DNA from: an uncultured Ignavibacteriaceae bacterium
Lineage (GTDB): Bacteria; Bacteroidota; Ignavibacteria; UBA10030
Direction: 5' to 3'
Assembly (NCBI GenBank): GCA_964480945.1
Contig: CAYZRX010000001.1
Coordinates: forward strand, 48,584-112,583
DNA length: 64,000 nucleotides
Within the stretch, counting starts at the first letter, position 1; every line of letters starts with the position of its first letter. This document shows positions 58,949-64,000 of the stretch, piece after piece. The position numbers and the translations under genes are program-made. Under the pieces are notes generated by a model, which saw only the letters and a program-made list of their open reading frames with translations, searched no databases and was not told the origin of the DNA.

Positions 58949-60334
58949 ATGGCGAAAAAGTACCGCATCTTGGTTGTCGACGATGAGGAGTCGATTACCT
59001 TTCTTCTGAGGACAGAACTTGAAGAGCTCCCCGACTTCGATGTTGAAGTCGCCCTCAACGGCACCGAAGCCATCAACCTCATCCAATCCAAGATTTACGA
59101 CATCATCCTCCTCGACATCAAGATGCCGCGCCTCAGCGGCATCGACGTGCTGAAGTTCATTACGGAGCACTCTCCCACCACGCAAGTCATCATGCTCACA
59201 AACGTGGTCGACTACAAAACGGCCATCGAGACCATCAAGCTGGGCGCGTACGACTTCATCAGCAAGCCGTACGATCGGGAACAGTTGCTCGTCACGATCC
59301 GCCGCGCCGTCGACCGCCGCCAGCTCGTGATCGACAAAGAGGTGATGAAGCGCGAGTTGAACCGGATCAGCGGTCCGAGCGGGCTCATCGGTGAGAGCCC
59401 GTTGTTCCGGCAGGTGGTTGAAAACGCACGGAAAGTTGCCGCCAGTGAAGCCTTCGTATTAATCCAGGGGGCGAGCGGGACCGGCAAAGAGTTGATCGCC
59501 CATATGATCCACAATGATAGCCCCCGCAGAGACCAGCCCTTCGTCGCGGTGAATTGCGCCTCGATCCCGGATCAGCTGCTCGAGAGTGAGCTCTTCGGCC
59601 ATGAAAAGGGGGCATTCACGAATGCGTACTCGGCGAAACAAGGACTCGTGGAGGTCGCAAACGGCGGTACGCTCTTTCTGGATGAGGTCGGCGACATCAG
59701 TCAGCAGACGCAGGCGAAACTGCTCCGGTTCTTGGAGACCGGAGAGTTCCGGAGGGTGGGAGGGACCACGTCGATGAAGGTCGACGTGCGCGTTGTGTCG
59801 GCGACGAACAAAAACCTCCCGCAGGAGGTGCAAGCAGCAAGGTTTCGGGAGGACCTGCTCTACCGGCTCAATGTTGTCAGCATCAACTTGCCTACGCTCC
59901 GAGAACGGAAGGAAGATATCCCCCTCCTCGTTGACTATTTTCTCAAGCGCAAATCGAAGGCGAAAGCGAAAAAAGTGAGTCCCGAGGCCCTCGCTGTGTT
60001 GATGAGTTATGACTGGCCCGGCAATATTCGAGAACTGGAGCATGCCATTGAGGGAGGGATCGTGCTGTGCCAAGGCGACCTCATCGAGCCCAGCGATCTC
60101 TGGATGAATCCTGCGCTTTCGAGCCAGGCGTCGGTTCCAGTTTCCCAAGGACGTACGGACGGTCACGATCACCTTCTCTCTCTCGAGGATCTTGAGAAAA
60201 TCCACATTGAAAAGGTCCTCAAGTTCAACAATTGGAACCGTGTGAAAAGCGCTCAGGTGCTCGGAATCACGCCAAAGACCCTCTACCTGAAGATCAAGAG
60301 GTATTGTATCAAGGTAGGGGGGAATTCCGACTAG
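58949..60334 (+). CDS. NtrC-family sigma54-dependent response regulator
   Basis: [50 protein letters not shown], Fis-type HTH. Confidence 0.95.
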   Translation: MAKKYRILVVDDEESITFLLRTELEELPDFDVEVALNGTEAINLIQSKIYDIILLDIKMPRLSGIDVLKFITEHSPTTQVIMLTNVVDYKTAIETIKLGAYDFISKPYDREQLLVTIRRAVDRRQLVIDKEVMKRELNRISGPSGLIGESPLFRQVVENARKVAASEAFVLIQGASGTGKELIAHMIHNDSPRRDQPFVAVNCASIPDQLLESELFGHEKGAFTNAYSAKQGLVEVANGGTLFLDEVGDISQQTQAKLLRFLETGEFRRVGGTTSMKVDVRVVSATNKNLPQEVQAARFREDLLYRLNVVSINLPTLRERKEDIPLLVDYFLKRKSKAKAKKVSPEALAVLMSYDWPGNIRELEHAIEGGIVLCQGDLIEPSDLWMNPALSSQASVPVSQGRTDGHDHLLSLEDLEKIHIEKVLKFNNWNRVKSAQVLGITPKTLYLKIKRYCIKVGGNSD

Positions 60335-60594
60335 CGCTGACGCACTCTCCTCCTGTCCAATTCCCCTCAGAGATCTCATCACCATCCGCTCACCGATCAG
60401 CAAGCCTTCGTCCAAGGAGCCTTCACACGATCGCTCCGCCATCGTCCAGTCGTCAGAGATTCTCAAATGAGGAGGATATCTTGAGGTGGAGCATCACTGC
60501 AACTCGCTCTGCCGATCCCCCAGGGGTTTTATCGCCCTCTGATTCTGGCTGCTTTCCGCTGCAGCCGATCGGGGTGAAAAAAAATTCTTCTGAG

Positions 60595-60622
60595 TGCAAC
60601 CTTTTCTGACCGCTTGCGTCTA
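60595..60622 (+). promoter_or_regulatory. ECF-sigma-like promoter
   Basis: TGCAAC-N16-CGTCTA, preceded by an A-tract. Confidence 0.5.
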
Positions 60623-60627
60623 ATCTA

Positions 60628-60718
60628 GTGGGAGCAGAAAAAGCTACCTCCTTCTTGATGAGCCAGTCATCGGTCGCCAATGGTGGGACGACCGAGAAAC
60701 TGGCTCTTCCTTTTTTTT
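60628..60718 (+). ncRNA. Candidate sRNA with anti-SD motif and terminator
   Basis: Exposed ACCTCCT, long hairpin GAGCCAGT..TCGGTCG..CGACCGA..ACTGGCTC and a T8 tract. Confidence 0.45.
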
Positions 60719-60848
60719 CTTGCCTTACTGCCGGTGAGACCTTCCTTGACTTTTGGGGCTTTAATGAGTATTTTTTTCGACAAACACGATTCGTTCTCCG
60801 GCCGTTGCCAAAAGTAGACACTCCTTCTCCCCTCCAGAGGGACTTCCA

Positions 60849-62018
60849 ATGTCGGGTTTGCGAGGCGTCGATTACTTCAATCTAGGGGACATGCTTTCAG
60901 AGGAAGAAGCCCTGGTGCGCGACACCGTCCGCAATTTCGTCGATGAGAACGTCCTGCCGATCATCGAGAAACACTACGAAGAGGGGACCTTTCCGATCTA
61001 CCTTGTACCGAAGATGGCCGAGCTCGGCCTCCTGGGTCCAACCTTTCCCGCGAAGTACGGCTGTGCTGAGCTGAACAACGTTGCGTACGGACTCATGATG
61101 CAGGAGTTGGAACGCGGTGACAGCGCGTTGCGGAGTTTCGCATCGGTTCAGGGGGGGCTCGTGATGTATCCCATCTACACTTTCGGTACCGAAGAACAGA
61201 AAGACTACTGGCTCCCCAAGCTCGCGTCGGGCAAAGCCATCGGCTGCTTCGGGCTGACCGAGCCGGACTACGGCTCGAACCCGGCCGGAATGATCACGCG
61301 GGCCGAGAGGACAAAGGGCGAATACCTCCTGAACGGGTCGAAGATGTGGATTACGAACGGCACGATAGCAGACGTCGCGGTGGTATGGGCCAAGCTTGAG
61401 GGGGAAATCAAGGGTTTCCTCGTCGAGAAGGGGACAAAAGGGTTCACGGCCCCGGAGATGAGAGGAAAGCATTCCCTGCGTGCGTCCGTGACTTCGGAGC
61501 TTGTCTTCCAGGATTGCGTCATCCCCGAAACCAATATCTTGCCGAAATCCGGCGGTTTGAAGTCGCCTCTCATGTGTCTGAGCCAGGCACGATATAGCAT
61601 TGCCTGGGGGGCAGTTGGGGCGGCAATGGCGTGCTACGAGACGGCGCTGGACTATGCGAAATCGAGAATTCAATTCGACAAGCCGATTGCCGCGTTTCAA
61701 ATGACACAAGAGAAGCTGGTCCACATGGTTACGGAGATCACCAAGAGTCAGCTTCTCTGCTTGCAGCTGGGTCGGCTCAAAGATCAGGGGAAAGCGAGAT
61801 TCACCCAGGTCTCGCTTGCGAAGCGAAACAACGTTTACCATGCGCTGGAGATCGCGCGAATGGCTCGAGAAATCCTCGGAGCGAATGGCATCCTGAACGA
61901 GTATCCCGTCATGCGCCACGCGGCGAACCTCGAATCAGTCAAGACCTACGAAGGGACGCACGAAATGCACACGCTGATTGTTGGTGAAGATCTCACAGGC
62001 TCGCCGGCGTTTGCGTAA
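60849..62018 (+). CDS. Acyl-CoA dehydrogenase (glutaryl-CoA dehydrogenase-like)
   Basis: ELERGDS, GCFGLTEPDYGS, KMWITNG, LRASVT, TYEGT. Confidence 0.92.
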   Translation: MSGLRGVDYFNLGDMLSEEEALVRDTVRNFVDENVLPIIEKHYEEGTFPIYLVPKMAELGLLGPTFPAKYGCAELNNVAYGLMMQELERGDSALRSFASVQGGLVMYPIYTFGTEEQKDYWLPKLASGKAIGCFGLTEPDYGSNPAGMITRAERTKGEYLLNGSKMWITNGTIADVAVVWAKLEGEIKGFLVEKGTKGFTAPEMRGKHSLRASVTSELVFQDCVIPETNILPKSGGLKSPLMCLSQARYSIAWGAVGAAMACYETALDYAKSRIQFDKPIAAFQMTQEKLVHMVTEITKSQLLCLQLGRLKDQGKARFTQVSLAKRNNVYHALEIARMAREILGANGILNEYPVMRHAANLESVKTYEGTHEMHTLIVGEDLTGSPAFA

Positions 62019-63509
<1,491 letters not shown>

Positions 63510-63521
63510 GAATCCGGCAGA

Positions 63522-64000
63522 ATGTACGAGGAAAGGCTTGCAGCGGTCCGACGCAGTCTGGAGTCCTCCAAGCTTGATGCCTTGCTCGTCACGCACCTTC
63601 CCCACGTCCGGTATCTCACAGGATTCTCCGGTTCCAAGGGCATCTGCATCATCAATTCCCGGCACCAGTATTTTCTTACCGATAGCCGGTACCGCGACCA
63701 GGCAAGAGAAGAGGTGACGGCCTGCCGCGTACTTGTTTCGAAGGACAGCTTGTATCACGCCGTCCTGAAAGCACGCTTGTTCACCGCCAGAATGAGGGTC
63801 GGCTTCGAAGGCCAGTCTGTATCTGTTGACTCCTCGCACTTCTTGAGGAAGATGTTTCCGAGGGTCACGTTCGTTCCGACGCAAGGGCTCATCGAACGTT
63901 CCGCTTCCGTGAAGGACGAGTCGGAGATCGCATGCATCCGTGCGGCTGCAGGAATCACCGATAAGGTTTTCCGTAAGATCGTGGGGCTCCTGCAACCGGG
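63522..64000 (+). CDS. Xaa-Pro peptidase (M24) N-terminus, partial
   Basis: MYEERLAAVRR..LDALLV..VRYLTGFSGS..FLTDSRY..VKDESEI; runs off the window end. Confidence 0.85.
   Translation, partial: MYEERLAAVRRSLESSKLDALLVTHLPHVRYLTGFSGSKGICIINSRHQYFLTDSRYRDQAREEVTACRVLVSKDSLYHAVLKARLFTARMRVGFEGQSVSVDSSHFLRKMFPRVTFVPTQGLIERSASVKDESEIACIRAAAGITDKVFRKIVGLLQP

Overview
GC-rich bacterial chromosomal window of mostly housekeeping genes. It is most consistent with an Ignavibacteria/Chlorobi-type (Bacteroidota-related) organism; this is an inference from the RNase P RNA lacking P18, the RuvC C-terminal WxxF..HPER motif and the 11-subunit complex I. In order it holds: the end of an alanine-dehydrogenase-like gene and an acetyl-CoA hydrolase/transferase; a minus-strand heme cluster (ccsA/hemX-like, hemA, hemC, four-helix-bundle::hemD fusion, hemE, S9 peptidase, hemF, Kef-type antiporter, hemH, hemY); an M20 dipeptidase, a PduO-type adenosyltransferase, an AlkD-like protein and a ferredoxin; nuoABCDHIJKLMN without nuoEFG; coaX, birA and an M28 peptidase; three hsp20 genes with dnaK and clpB behind a sigma54-like promoter; rsmB-like, TPR lipoprotein, DUF58, uvrA, mpg, rluA-like, ruvBAC, yebC, recJ, rnpB, rnhA, zinc-ribbon and nif3 genes; response regulators; an acyl-CoA dehydrogenase, guaB and a partial Xaa-Pro peptidase. 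I found no CRISPR array, tRNA, rRNA, transposase or prophage. The most unusual signal is a layer of micro-elements over this backbone. Degenerate 7-, 8- and 15-nt tandem-repeat tracts sit at gene junctions and in frame inside uvrA and mpg. A 30-nt double-hairpin with compensatory changes sits at the same GGTT^AATT position of the 15-mer unit in two places, next to empty units. A 40-nt double-hairpin of similar design lies in a conserved junction of the RNase P RNA, and a degenerate four-helix-bundle (IVS-protein/Avd-like) domain is fused to HemD. Also notable are two candidate sRNAs, a NuoL with a duplicated lateral-helix motif and a probable ATT start codon. Start coordinates were refined by eye, and no database searches were run.
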